This document shows positions 28,599 through 37,142 of a stretch of DNA of 64,000 nucleotides, in pieces (the first letter of the stretch is position 1; each line of letters opens with the position of its first letter). Source of the stretch: Cyanobacteria bacterium auto_48_18 (lineage in GTDB: Bacteria > Cyanobacteriota > Vampirovibrionia > Obscuribacterales > Obscuribacteraceae); assembly GCA_036170915.1 (NCBI GenBank), contig JAVHQC010000013.1, positions 1-64,000 on the forward strand, read 5' to 3'. The translations under genes were made by a program, and so were the position numbers. The notes under the pieces were generated by a model. The model worked only from the letters and a program-made list of their open reading frames with translations. It did not search any database and was not told where the DNA came from.

Positions 28599-28770
28599 TT
28601 TATACTCCTGTGTTTGCAATGAGGTTACGGAACCAGCGTGACTTGCCACTGCAGGCTTGCCACCAGTTTCGCAAAAACTTGACTGATCAGCTATGAAACA
28701 TCCTTCAAGGATGCTTATTATAGCTCTTTGATCACACTATTGATTATTTTGCGAGATGAGCACAGATGTC

Positions 28771-29409
28771 TCACTCTCGCTTAAGATCGTTTTGCAAAGC
28801 TGATTCATTTTGACTGCGGCGCATCTCTATTTCTAAAATGCGCACACCAGCAATTAGTTTTTCTAATTCTGCCGCTGTTTTCTTAATTTGCGCTCGCATT
28901 TCTTCTGGCTCTTTCTCTAAAGCCTGCAGTAGCAAATCGCGATGAACAACCAGCTCTTCACTAGTTAAATTAGATGCAGGTGGTGTGGGCAGACTCAAGG
29001 CCACGCTGCCCTCTCCTTGAGGTGTGTGCGGCTTTTTCGGCACAGCGGCATCAGGTGGTTCGTCGCCGCGCCTGCGCCGCAATTCTTCTTCTATTTCTTC
29101 AGCAGTGATTGAGTTGACTTGCATTGGCCCGGCGCAAATTTCGCGCCATGGAGCACCAACCATTGCCTGGCGCACAATTACTTCGAAAACCTGGCGACGT
29201 ACTCCTTCACCGTAGCCGCCACCCACCGAAGCCGGAAGCCTTGCCCCGGCGCCGGCCAATTTGGTGATTATGTCGCTGAAAGCTTTACCGATGCTGGCGC
29301 TGTTTCCTGTGGCAGCGCTGCACGCAGGGCAGAATAGCCACGTAGATAACAATTCTGACTCGCATTTTTCGCAATTCATTTGCTCATACCTACTTGAGAG
29401 GTCATTCAT
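28771..29409 (-). CDS. Hypothetical protein with N-terminal Zn-ribbon and C-terminal coiled coil
   Basis: CEKC...FCPAC. Confidence 0.65.
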   Translation of the reverse strand: MNDLSSRYEQMNCEKCESELLSTWLFCPACSAATGNSASIGKAFSDIITKLAGAGARLPASVGGGYGEGVRRQVFEVIVRQAMVGAPWREICAGPMQVNSITAEEIEEELRRRRGDEPPDAAVPKKPHTPQGEGSVALSLPTPPASNLTSEELVVHRDLLLQALEKEPEEMRAQIKKTAAELEKLIAGVRILEIEMRRSQNESALQNDLKRE

Positions 29410-29446
29410 TCCCTATTTTAGCCTATCAAAGATTTAGCAACTGTAG

Positions 29447-30511
29447 TTAACGATTCCGCTCTCGGTTGGCTTTGTGAATGGCTTTCCATTTTGCTTTCTC
29501 TGCCGCCGCCGCCTCTCGATCGTGCTTTCTCGATTCATAGGCCGCCTCCTTCGATAACTTGCGCCAGTTCTCATAGGTTGACTCTGCCACAGTTTCCTTT
29601 ACAGCGCATCCCGGCTCGCTGCCATGCAGACAATCGCGAAAGCGACAGCGGCCGGCCAGCTGAGTAATCTCGGCGAAGACTTCACTGACCCCAGCTTCTG
29701 CGTCTGCCAGAGCTAGTTCCCGCATACCCGGTGTGTCAATGATGGCAGTGCCGTCGGTCAAATGCTGCAAAAATCTGCGTGTGGTTGTATGACGACCACG
29801 GTCATCTTGTGACCGAATCTCATTTACAGCCAGCGTTTCAGATGCCAGCAGACAATTGATCAAAGTCGATTTGCCCACGCCGCTTGAACCAACGAATGCG
29901 ATGGTTTGGTCTGCTCCACAATATGGTGCGAGCAGGTTCATACCGCTGCCGCTTTGGGCCGAGAGCGCCAACACCGGACCGTGAGCGACGGTGCGTATTG
30001 CATCTATGAGTAGGTCTGCATCAGCTATCAAATCGCATTTGGTTAGAACTACCACGTATGGAATATTGCAACTAACTGCAGTAATCACATAACGTTCCAG
30101 ACGTTTGAGATTGAAATCTTTGTTGGCGGCCACGGTAATAAACAGAGTATCGAGATTAGTGGCAATAGGCTGTAACTCACTACTGCCGTCAACTGCGCGC
30201 CGAGCAAAAAGATTTTTGCGCGGAAGTACGCGATCGATAATGGTGGCACCATCACTATTTTTTACGGCGACAAAATCTCCCACGATGGGATAGTCAGCAG
30301 CGACGTATGCTCCATGCCGCATGGCACCGCTAATTTCGGCACGCACCGGCTGGCATATGTTTTTTGAGTCTGAATCTAAGTGTGTATCTAAATTTGTATC
30401 CGGGGCGACGCGGGCAAAAAGTGCAACAAGATAAGATCCGCGATCTTGTGATACCACGCGAGCGCATATGAACGGCGGCTCCGCGAGAGCCGCAATATTT
30501 TTTGGCAACAT
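29447..30511 (-). CDS. rsgA: Ribosome small subunit-dependent GTPase A
   Basis: OB-fold VGDFV, circularly permuted GTPase TKCD...GSSGVGKST...GRHTTT...DTPGMR, C-terminal CRFRDCLH..EPGC. Confidence 0.95.
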   Translation of the reverse strand: MLPKNIAALAEPPFICARVVSQDRGSYLVALFARVAPDTNLDTHLDSDSKNICQPVRAEISGAMRHGAYVAADYPIVGDFVAVKNSDGATIIDRVLPRKNLFARRAVDGSSELQPIATNLDTLFITVAANKDFNLKRLERYVITAVSCNIPYVVVLTKCDLIADADLLIDAIRTVAHGPVLALSAQSGSGMNLLAPYCGADQTIAFVGSSGVGKSTLINCLLASETLAVNEIRSQDDRGRHTTTRRFLQHLTDGTAIIDTPGMRELALADAEAGVSEVFAEITQLAGRCRFRDCLHGSEPGCAVKETVAESTYENWRKLSKEAAYESRKHDREAAAAEKAKWKAIHKANRERNR

Positions 30512-30582
30512 TGAATTATTCCTTCAATACTAGAGTGACGCTAGCGAAGGATACGGTGCGCGAATCAGGCGCTCAATTGCTC

Positions 30583-30648
30583 TTAACGAACTGGAGAGGC
30601 GCAACGGTCAGCTGCATCGCATCCGAATTTCACAATTACATTTTCCAT
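30583..30648 (-). CDS. Putative 21-aa leader peptide of rsgA (MENVIVKFGCDAADRCASPVR)
   Basis: Strong RBS GGAGG, ATG at 30648, stop about 70 nt upstream of rsgA, downstream of a sigma70-like promoter. Confidence 0.55.
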   Translation of the reverse strand: MENVIVKFGCDAADRCASPVR

Positions 30649-30694
30649 TTAGCGCCTCCTTTTTTTTAAACTTGCCCGCAACGCAGGTGTTGCC

Positions 30695-30724
30695 AATATA
30701 GCTTGCCATGGCAACTAGTGTCAA
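30695..30724 (-). promoter_or_regulatory. sigma70-like promoter TTGACA-N18-TATATT with a 12-bp palindrome in the spacer
   Basis: Minus strand TTGACA ctagTTGCCATGGCAAgc TATATT. Confidence 0.65.
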
Positions 30725-30765
30725 GGGCATCGTGAAATTGGTGAGTGATCAATTAATGGTGTCAA

Positions 30766-32373
30766 CTAATGATGATCGTGATCGCACGAATCACATGAGT
30801 CGTCATCGTCATGATTAAGCTCATACTCACTGTCGATGGCTTTTATGCGCGCGAGCACAGCGTCGGCATTGCTTTGCTCTCCCATGGCTATATAGCACTC
30901 ATAGGCTTGTTCCAGCGACTCTAATATTTCGCCGTGTGATGGACCTAAAAAGCGCTCTTGAGTTTCTGCATTTTTTAGAAACAGTGGTAGCGCCTCACTG
31001 TGTTGCTTTAGCTTAAATAAGACGAAGGCCAGGTCGTTGCGCATATCAACTAAGTCAAACAGGTTCAAAAAAGACTGACCAGCTTCGACGTATTCTTCGG
31101 CGAGTTGCAATGCTTTCTTATGATATTCTGCGGCTTTTTCAAATTCATGGAAAAACTCAAAAAGTGATCCCAGCGAGTGAAGATGCATTACGTTTGTTGG
31201 TGAATTTGGTGCGCCCTCGACTTTTGCGGCTCGTGCTTCAACGGCGTCCATTAAATCATCAGCTGGTCTTTTGGTATCAATATACAAATCGAGTAGTTCG
31301 GAAATTGAGGCGTGAAAAGGTAAGAAAGAATAATCGATACGTTCGGCTTCTTTTAACGCCGTTTTAAGTACAGTTCTTGCTTCTTTGTGATTACCTTGCT
31401 CAGAAAAGTGGTGTGCGCTTTCCAGTAAATCTTCCCAACGCTGCCAGCGTTTGATGTCACCGTTGGCGATGGCAATGGTTTGAAATTCGCGATTGGAAAA
31501 ATTGTCTGGTTCGGCAGTCACTTTTGCCAGCCACTCAATTGCTCCTGCTATACAATGCCAGGCTGGCTCAGTATCTTCAATGTATCTTTCCAGGCCAAAG
31601 GCACCCAAAAGTTCTTTAAACGAATCGTTTTCAGCTGACACCAGTCGGTTAGCAATTAGCAAGCTGCCTGAAGCGAAACCATGAGTCAGAGCACTGCGCG
31701 AAAGTAATGTATCACCCGTAAGAGCAAAGTGAATCAGGGCGTTAAGATAATGCCACTGGGCCTCGTTGTCTGAGTTTGCCTGCAGAATATCTTGCGCTGC
31801 TTTATAGTCGCCCATTTGTATGAAAAAGCTGGTGGCGAGATCTCTCAGTACTTCTTGCTCCATGCTGTCGATTTCGTTGAGGGGCTCGCTGAAGTGGGCC
31901 GTGAGCAATTCGACGGCTTCTTTTTTTAAGCCGGCATTCCATTTTAATTGCGCCAGGTCAGCCACAGCGAAAGTGTAGAGCTCTGGTGAGACTTCATATA
32001 TTTCGCTTTCGTCTTTACTTTCGTCTTCAGCTTCGCTCTCGACCTGGGCCAATAATTCTTTTCTTAAAGCATCCACAGCGGCCTGCCCATGTTCTAAGGC
32101 GGCTTCAAGATTTTCAGTCTCGCGAGCCAGAACCAGGCTAGCAAGGCCACATGATCCATCTTTTGCCGCTTTAAGTGCCTGGTGAGCCGCCTCTAATCGC
32201 TCGCTACTGCTTTCACCGCACACAGCTTCATCGAGTAGGCCCGATAGTTTGTCTGCATCACTAAGGTTTTCACCAATATCAAAATGCTCTACCAGGTCTA
32301 GGTGCATCCCTGGTCGCAACGCCGCTCCTGCCTTGTTATAGGATGCTACTTTAGAAGGAGTGCTATTTTTCAT
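30766..32373 (-). CDS. TPR-like repeat protein with His/Cys/Asp-rich C-terminal tail (paralog of 40524-42197)
   Basis: Helical repeats; WHYLNAL.HF...GDT..SR.AL and RW.RWE shared with the paralog; tail HDDDDSCDSCDHDHH. Confidence 0.75.
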   Translation of the reverse strand: MKNSTPSKVASYNKAGAALRPGMHLDLVEHFDIGENLSDADKLSGLLDEAVCGESSSERLEAAHQALKAAKDGSCGLASLVLARETENLEAALEHGQAAVDALRKELLAQVESEAEDESKDESEIYEVSPELYTFAVADLAQLKWNAGLKKEAVELLTAHFSEPLNEIDSMEQEVLRDLATSFFIQMGDYKAAQDILQANSDNEAQWHYLNALIHFALTGDTLLSRSALTHGFASGSLLIANRLVSAENDSFKELLGAFGLERYIEDTEPAWHCIAGAIEWLAKVTAEPDNFSNREFQTIAIANGDIKRWQRWEDLLESAHHFSEQGNHKEARTVLKTALKEAERIDYSFLPFHASISELLDLYIDTKRPADDLMDAVEARAAKVEGAPNSPTNVMHLHSLGSLFEFFHEFEKAAEYHKKALQLAEEYVEAGQSFLNLFDLVDMRNDLAFVLFKLKQHSEALPLFLKNAETQERFLGPSHGEILESLEQAYECYIAMGEQSNADAVLARIKAIDSEYELNHDDDDSCDSCDHDHH

Positions 32374-32471
32374 AAAACCTCGACTGCTCGTATAGGCGTC
32401 CGCCCTTGGCGGCAAACCGTGTGCAATCTTGGCTTTCTTCCCTTAAATGATCAAGGACAATAGTTATCCAT

Positions 32472-32501
32472 TAAGCATAAATAAGCACAAATAAGCACAG
32501 A
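32472..32501. repeat. 10-bp tandem repeat x3
   Basis: TAAGCATAAA TAAGCACAAA TAAGCACAGA. Confidence 0.7.
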
Positions 32502-33524
32502 TTATTTGGCGGCTTTGAGCTCATAGGTGCCGTTGCCCTTGAGCTGGTCTCTGGCTCCGGCTCCTTTCAACCAGGCCAGGGCTGCACTGTCTTTTTTCAA
32601 GTAGGCGTCGAGAAATTTGGTGCTGGCCATCTCAATAATTTCATGATGTTTCTGGTCTATGGCTTTCGGTGTTAGCCGCCTGCCGCCGTTAAACACCATG
32701 TGATCCGCACCGTCTAAAATGATCAGATACTGATCTGATTTTTTGATATTGTCGTATGCAATGCGACGTTCACCGGCAGTGGTGTCATTGACTGGCGATG
32801 AATCTTCTGTTCCAGTAAAATGTAAGCCTGGAATTTTTATATCGCTATAAACAGCAGATGCATTTTGCTTTTTTCTTGGTGCAGTTGGGCTCAAGTAAAT
32901 GGCAGCCTTAATACGAGAATCTGGACTTGAGATACTTCTACCATTTGGCGTGAACAAGTTTTGGCCGCTGGCTGTCAGGGCTGTCCAGGAGCCGTACGAG
33001 TGTCCGGCAATAGCTAGCGCGTCCATGTTCAATTTTCCGGCCAGCTCTTTATCGCTTGTATTCAGCTCGGTTAATCTGTCAATGACAAAGTGAACATCTT
33101 GAGCGCGGTTAATTGCATGCACAGGATTCGCCACGGTCTTTCTAAACTCGGGCATCAGCGATTCGCGAGTAGTGACACCCGCAATAGCATTTGGTTTCCA
33201 GAACGACTCGTCACTACCTGGATGCTGAATGAAGACTGCTACGTAGCCCTGCTCGGCCCAGTAATTGCCCAAATAAATTGCTGCTTCGCGCGAGCCACCT
33301 AAGCCGTGTGAGAAAACTACCACAGGAAAGTGGGCGCCTTTTAACTGTGGCATGTAAATTTTCACAGGCAGTGTTCTGTTTCTTTTACTGTCTGTCCAGT
33401 CTTGATAAATTGTCTGCACCGCGGCCGTGGATGTGGCGGAGACCTTGGAGGGCAGCGTGCCTATTGTTGCGCCAGCAATTAGAGCGGCGCTTAAACCGAT
33501 TAAAACTAGGTTTTTGTTTTTCAT
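32502..33524 (-). CDS. Secreted alpha/beta hydrolase (dienelactone hydrolase/PAF-AH-like)
   Basis: FSHGLGGS, HPGSD, GHSYG nucleophile, GTED, ADHM. Confidence 0.9.
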   Translation of the reverse strand: MKNKNLVLIGLSAALIAGATIGTLPSKVSATSTAAVQTIYQDWTDSKRNRTLPVKIYMPQLKGAHFPVVVFSHGLGGSREAAIYLGNYWAEQGYVAVFIQHPGSDESFWKPNAIAGVTTRESLMPEFRKTVANPVHAINRAQDVHFVIDRLTELNTSDKELAGKLNMDALAIAGHSYGSWTALTASGQNLFTPNGRSISSPDSRIKAAIYLSPTAPRKKQNASAVYSDIKIPGLHFTGTEDSSPVNDTTAGERRIAYDNIKKSDQYLIILDGADHMVFNGGRRLTPKAIDQKHHEIIEMASTKFLDAYLKKDSAALAWLKGAGARDQLKGNGTYELKAAK

Positions 33525-33571
33525 GACCTGCTACTCGCTGATTTCTTTACTTATGCCCGTTCAAACTCTTA

Positions 33572-33597
33572 TACGTAAGTTGAGTGGGAAAGTTTCA
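33572..33597 (-). promoter_or_regulatory. Putative ECF promoter TGAAAC-N16-CGTA
   Basis: Minus strand TGAAAC tttcccactcaactta CGTA, about 48 nt upstream of the hydrolase; identical to the Bacillus sigmaW-type consensus. Confidence 0.55.
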
Positions 33598-33667
33598 AAA
33601 TCTAGAGTTGCCATCTTTTGGGCGTTTTGGGCTCTGGGAGAGGGGGTGATAAATGTGTTGGCAAAAA

Positions 33668-33704
33668 CGCAGAGAAATTTAAGCAAAATTACTCTGCGAT
33701 TTGG
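33668..33704. repeat. Dispersed palindromic (REP-like) element, copy 1
   Basis: CGCAGAGAAATTTAAGCAAAATTACTCTGCGATTTGG; 34/37 identical to 47552-47588. Confidence 0.75.
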
Positions 33705-33748
33705 CTACTTCAATTCTGACACTTCAATGGCGAACCCCAACCACACCA

Positions 33749-34693
33749 CTAACTATCTATAAATTCTAGTGGTGCCATTACCAGCAACGCTCGCGGCGTC
33801 AACTTTACTGATATAGGAGTATTCAAAGTTAGTTCGCCATCAATATCGACGGGCTGTTCCTCGTCTGTGGTGCATTCTACCTTGCGCGCATTGATCATTT
33901 TTACATGACGGTCAGCTGGAAGCCTTCCTCGAATCAGTGAAAGCCAGAAGTGAACGATGTCCCACTTGCTTTCGGTTTTTAGTACACAGACAATCAGCCT
34001 GCGGTCGTCAAGCCGGGCATCAGCAGTGATGCGACTGATGCCGTAGAATGAGCCGTTGGCGATGATCACTTGCCTGGTGTGGACTTTGTAGACCTCATCG
34101 TCGCACGTGAGCGTGCAACCGAAGGGTTGATTGTGAATAAATTCTTTCAGGCCAGAAAGAAAATACGCTAGAACACCAAGATATTTCTTCAATCCGTCGG
34201 GCGTCTTGTGCACTACTTGCGCGTTAAATCCGAATGAAATGATATTGGCAAAATAGTCACCATCTGCGGTAGCTAAGTCTACGTCGGCTACTTTCCCGTT
34301 AACGATGGTATCAATGGCTCCCTGCAGTGAGATCGGCACACCAAGTGACCGGGCAAAACCGTTGCCGGTGCCGAGTGGCAAAACTCCTAGAACTACATCT
34401 TGGTAGGCAAGTAAGTCCACCACGCTGCTCAATGTTCCATCGCCGCCGCCCACAATTATCAGTTTACAGCCGGCATCTTTCGCATGAGCGACCACTTCAG
34501 GCAGGCGGCCCGGATCTTTTATATCGTAACAATGTTCAAGTGTTAAACCAGCTTCTCTTAGTGCCTTCTTTGCGCGCTTGAATAGCTCTCTACCTCGACG
34601 GGAATTAGTATTAACTATCAGTCGTGCACTTCGTGTTTCTTTGATATATTGTTGCAAGCGAGTCTTTTTATCGGGGCTCTGAAGGTTGTTCAT
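33749..34693 (-). CDS. YegS/DAG-kinase family lipid kinase
   Basis: IVNTNSRRG, GGGDGT, LPLGTGN, NGSFYG, DIDGE. Confidence 0.93.
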   Translation of the reverse strand: MNNLQSPDKKTRLQQYIKETRSARLIVNTNSRRGRELFKRAKKALREAGLTLEHCYDIKDPGRLPEVVAHAKDAGCKLIIVGGGDGTLSSVVDLLAYQDVVLGVLPLGTGNGFARSLGVPISLQGAIDTIVNGKVADVDLATADGDYFANIISFGFNAQVVHKTPDGLKKYLGVLAYFLSGLKEFIHNQPFGCTLTCDDEVYKVHTRQVIIANGSFYGISRITADARLDDRRLIVCVLKTESKWDIVHFWLSLIRGRLPADRHVKMINARKVECTTDEEQPVDIDGELTLNTPISVKLTPRALLVMAPLEFIDS

Positions 34694-34733
34694 TGATACC
34701 TATTAAATTGGCAATGACGGCACAAATAGCAAT

Positions 34734-34758
34734 GACGGAACAGTGCAGATTCTGTTCC
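34734..34758 (-). promoter_or_regulatory. Putative ECF-sigma promoter GGAAC-N16-CGTC for the lipid kinase
   Basis: Minus strand GGAAC agaatctgcactgttc CGTC, about 41 nt upstream of the ATG at 34693. Confidence 0.6.
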
Positions 34759-34785
34759 AATTTATTTTAAAAAGAGACAAAAGCT

Positions 34786-35289
34786 ATGGAAGACCAGATT
34801 GTGGCACGCTTGAAAGGAATCCGAAATTTTCATGCGGTTAATTCCTGGCTCTACCGTGGCGGCCAACCAACAGAGGCGCAGTTTGCCGAGATTGCAGAGG
34901 CGGGCATTAAAACCGTGGTTTGCTTACGTTGGGGTCAGAAAGTCCGGGATGCTGAGCAAAAGGCGGTAGAAGCCGCGGGCATAAAGTATGTTGGTTTGCC
35001 GCATTACTATTGGCGATTGCCCACTGCTGAAGAAATTGATGAATTTCTCAATCTTTTAGATACCGAAAGCGCTCGTCCAATTTTCGTTCACTGCTACCAC
35101 GGTTCAGATCGCACTGGCTTACTGATCGCCATGTATCGATTATCAAGGCAGAGCTGGACATTTAAGGAAGCCTACCAAGAGATGAGAAAGTATGGTTTTC
35201 ACCGATTCCGTCTTCAGCATTTTAAGTGGGTTTTATATGGTTACGCTAGAAAAGAAATGCGACGCAAAAGATTGCAGAATCAATCTTAG
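34786..35289 (+). CDS. Cys-based (dual-specificity/tyrosine) phosphatase
   Basis: NFHAV...LYRGGQP; HCYHGSDRTG CX5R loop. Confidence 0.92.
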   Translation: MEDQIVARLKGIRNFHAVNSWLYRGGQPTEAQFAEIAEAGIKTVVCLRWGQKVRDAEQKAVEAAGIKYVGLPHYYWRLPTAEEIDEFLNLLDTESARPIFVHCYHGSDRTGLLIAMYRLSRQSWTFKEAYQEMRKYGFHRFRLQHFKWVLYGYARKEMRRKRLQNQS

Positions 35290-35419
35290 GTATTGGCATC
35301 ACTAGTGCAAGGGCGACGAGCAACTGAATGCTGTTATGCCAATGTCATTTTGGCCAAATATAACTGAATTACACCCCTCCCCATTCCCATTAACTGGCAT
35401 TGGCCGGAGGATAATAATC

Positions 35420-36253
35420 ATGAGAGATCAAATTGGACAAGGCGCTATTGAAGGTGGCGCTCACGCAGTTGCTCACGCAGTAGGAAATCTATTCAAAGAC
35501 GCTTACAACCCCGCAAGCGAATTCACGAAAGTAGATCAAAATCAAAGCAAGGCTCTCACTGTAGGCGAGATGTGCCGGGCGGCTGATCAAGTCGTTAAAG
35601 ATCATTTTGCCAAAAAAGTTGATGGTATAGCAAATTACACCATGGGTCTTGATGGCAATAAGAACGGAACGGTCTCGTACGACGAATTTAAGAAACAGTC
35701 TTGGGCTGCCAACATCGGTGCCAACATTGAAGAGCAAAAGAAAGCACTCTTTAAAAAGATTGACAACAATAATGACGGTAAACTCACCACCGGTGAAGTG
35801 AAAATCTATGGTCAAAAATCTGTTGAGCAAGATTTAAAAAGAGAAATGGCTGCCGCAGAACTCGTTGCAAGAGTGCGTTTTAAAAAACTAGACACAGACA
35901 CAAATCATCTGGTTTCAATCGACGAGTTTTCAAAGTCTAAAAGTTCTTTCCTGCCTGATTTTTCCATTACTCACCGCGGTGGCGTACAAGAAGTGGAAGA
36001 AATTAAGGGTGGTGCTGCAGGAATTGGCAGCGCTGCTGGTAAGGCTGCAGGAGAAGCCCTGAAACAGAGCCCTCAAAAACATCAGCCATCACTTAAAGAA
36101 AGCAAAACCGAAACCTTAGGCAAAGTCGCTGCTGGCGCCATTGAAGCCGGTATAGCGGTTACCGTGGGCGGTGTGGGTAGTGCGGCAGCTGGTGCTGCTC
36201 TAATCAGAGGAGGAACACTGGTTGGCACTGGCGCCAAATCGGTCAAACACTAA
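35420..36253 (+). CDS. EF-hand calcium-binding protein with Gly/Ala-rich C-terminus
   Basis: DGNKNGTVSYDE, DNNNDGKLTTGE, DTDTNHLVSIDE loops; RBS GGAGG. Confidence 0.8.
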   Translation: MRDQIGQGAIEGGAHAVAHAVGNLFKDAYNPASEFTKVDQNQSKALTVGEMCRAADQVVKDHFAKKVDGIANYTMGLDGNKNGTVSYDEFKKQSWAANIGANIEEQKKALFKKIDNNNDGKLTTGEVKIYGQKSVEQDLKREMAAAELVARVRFKKLDTDTNHLVSIDEFSKSKSSFLPDFSITHRGGVQEVEEIKGGAAGIGSAAGKAAGEALKQSPQKHQPSLKESKTETLGKVAAGAIEAGIAVTVGGVGSAAAGAALIRGGTLVGTGAKSVKH

Positions 36254-36276
36254 GGTCTAAACCTAGCAACACCTTC

Positions 36277-36310
36277 ATACGCAGCCAGAATGCTCCTGGC
36301 TGCGTATTTC
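36277..36310 (+). terminator. Intrinsic terminator
   Basis: ATACGCAGCCAG-loop-CTGGCTGCGTAT-TTC. Confidence 0.7.
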
Positions 36311-36393
36311 TATGGCAAGATTAAATTTCCCAATTTGGGAATAAGTGAGGTTTCGCATTTCCCGAAATGGGAAGAATAAGAGCAGGAGCATTT

Positions 36394-36654
36394 ATGCAAA
36401 TAATCCACTGGGCGCGTGCCAACCAATTCATTCAAGTCGACAGAAAGTCTGAAGAGGCCCTTCAGCGTTGGCGCACAGCAGTTCTTGCCGCTCAATGGAA
36501 AGACATTAATGATCTGCTCGATACTTTTGATTCAGCGCAATGGTTAAACGGGAAAGTAATTTTCACCCTCAAAGGATACCCAATCAGATTGACCGCCGTC
36601 GCCGATTTTGAAAATGACAAACTGTATATTCGCCAGATCTCAGATAATCAATAA
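36394..36654 (+). CDS. higB: HigB/RelE-family toxin (apparently degenerate)
   Basis: L..W...V..A.W.....L...F.SA......VIF..KG...RL....DF....LYIR; toxin-first order upstream of the HTH antitoxin. Confidence 0.75.
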   Translation: MQIIHWARANQFIQVDRKSEEALQRWRTAVLAAQWKDINDLLDTFDSAQWLNGKVIFTLKGYPIRLTAVADFENDKLYIRQISDNQ

Positions 36655-36669
36655 ATAGGAATAGCGAGA

Positions 36670-37134
36670 ATGGAAATGGTCATAGTAGACGCAAAGATTG
36701 ACGCAAAGATTGACGCAAAGATTGACGAAAAAATGAACGACAAAATTTACGACAAACTAGTGAAAAAGTTTCCATTGCGGCCCATTCGTGATGATGAACA
36801 GAACATGCAGGCAGCAGAAGTTTGCGACAGCCTCACCGATCGACTTAGTACCTTAAGCGAGAGTGAATCAGATTATCTGGAAGTCTTGAGCGATCTAATC
36901 ATCAAATATGAAACACGTTTTGATGAGGAGTTGACTGAGATGACTCCGCGACAATTGATTCAATATTTCATTGACCAGGATGGACTGGCACAAAAAGATC
37001 TGGTGCCTGAATTTGGTTCGGCCAGCCGAGTATCAGAATTTTTAAAGGGAGATAGACGACTGAGCATTGAGCAGGCAAAACGCCTGTCTGACAGGTTCCG
37101 CGTCAATATTTCTGCACTGATTGATAGCTACTGA
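36670..37134 (+). CDS. higA: HigA-type XRE antitoxin
   Basis: LRPIRDDE...YLEVLSDLIIKYE...GLAQKDLVPEFGSASRVSEFLKGDRRLS. Confidence 0.9.
   Translation: MEMVIVDAKIDAKIDAKIDEKMNDKIYDKLVKKFPLRPIRDDEQNMQAAEVCDSLTDRLSTLSESESDYLEVLSDLIIKYETRFDEELTEMTPRQLIQYFIDQDGLAQKDLVPEFGSASRVSEFLKGDRRLSIEQAKRLSDRFRVNISALIDSY
36688..36735 (+). repeat. 12-bp in-frame tandem repeat (GACGCAAAGATT x3 plus a degenerate copy) in the higA 5' end
   Basis: Encodes DAKI-DAKI-DAKI-DEKM. Confidence 0.9.
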
Positions 37135-37142
37135 AAGAGCGA

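Noticed and set aside
36394..37134. TA module as a marker of a prophage or mobile element
   Set aside because: No integrase, transposase, att-like repeats or phage genes in the flanks.
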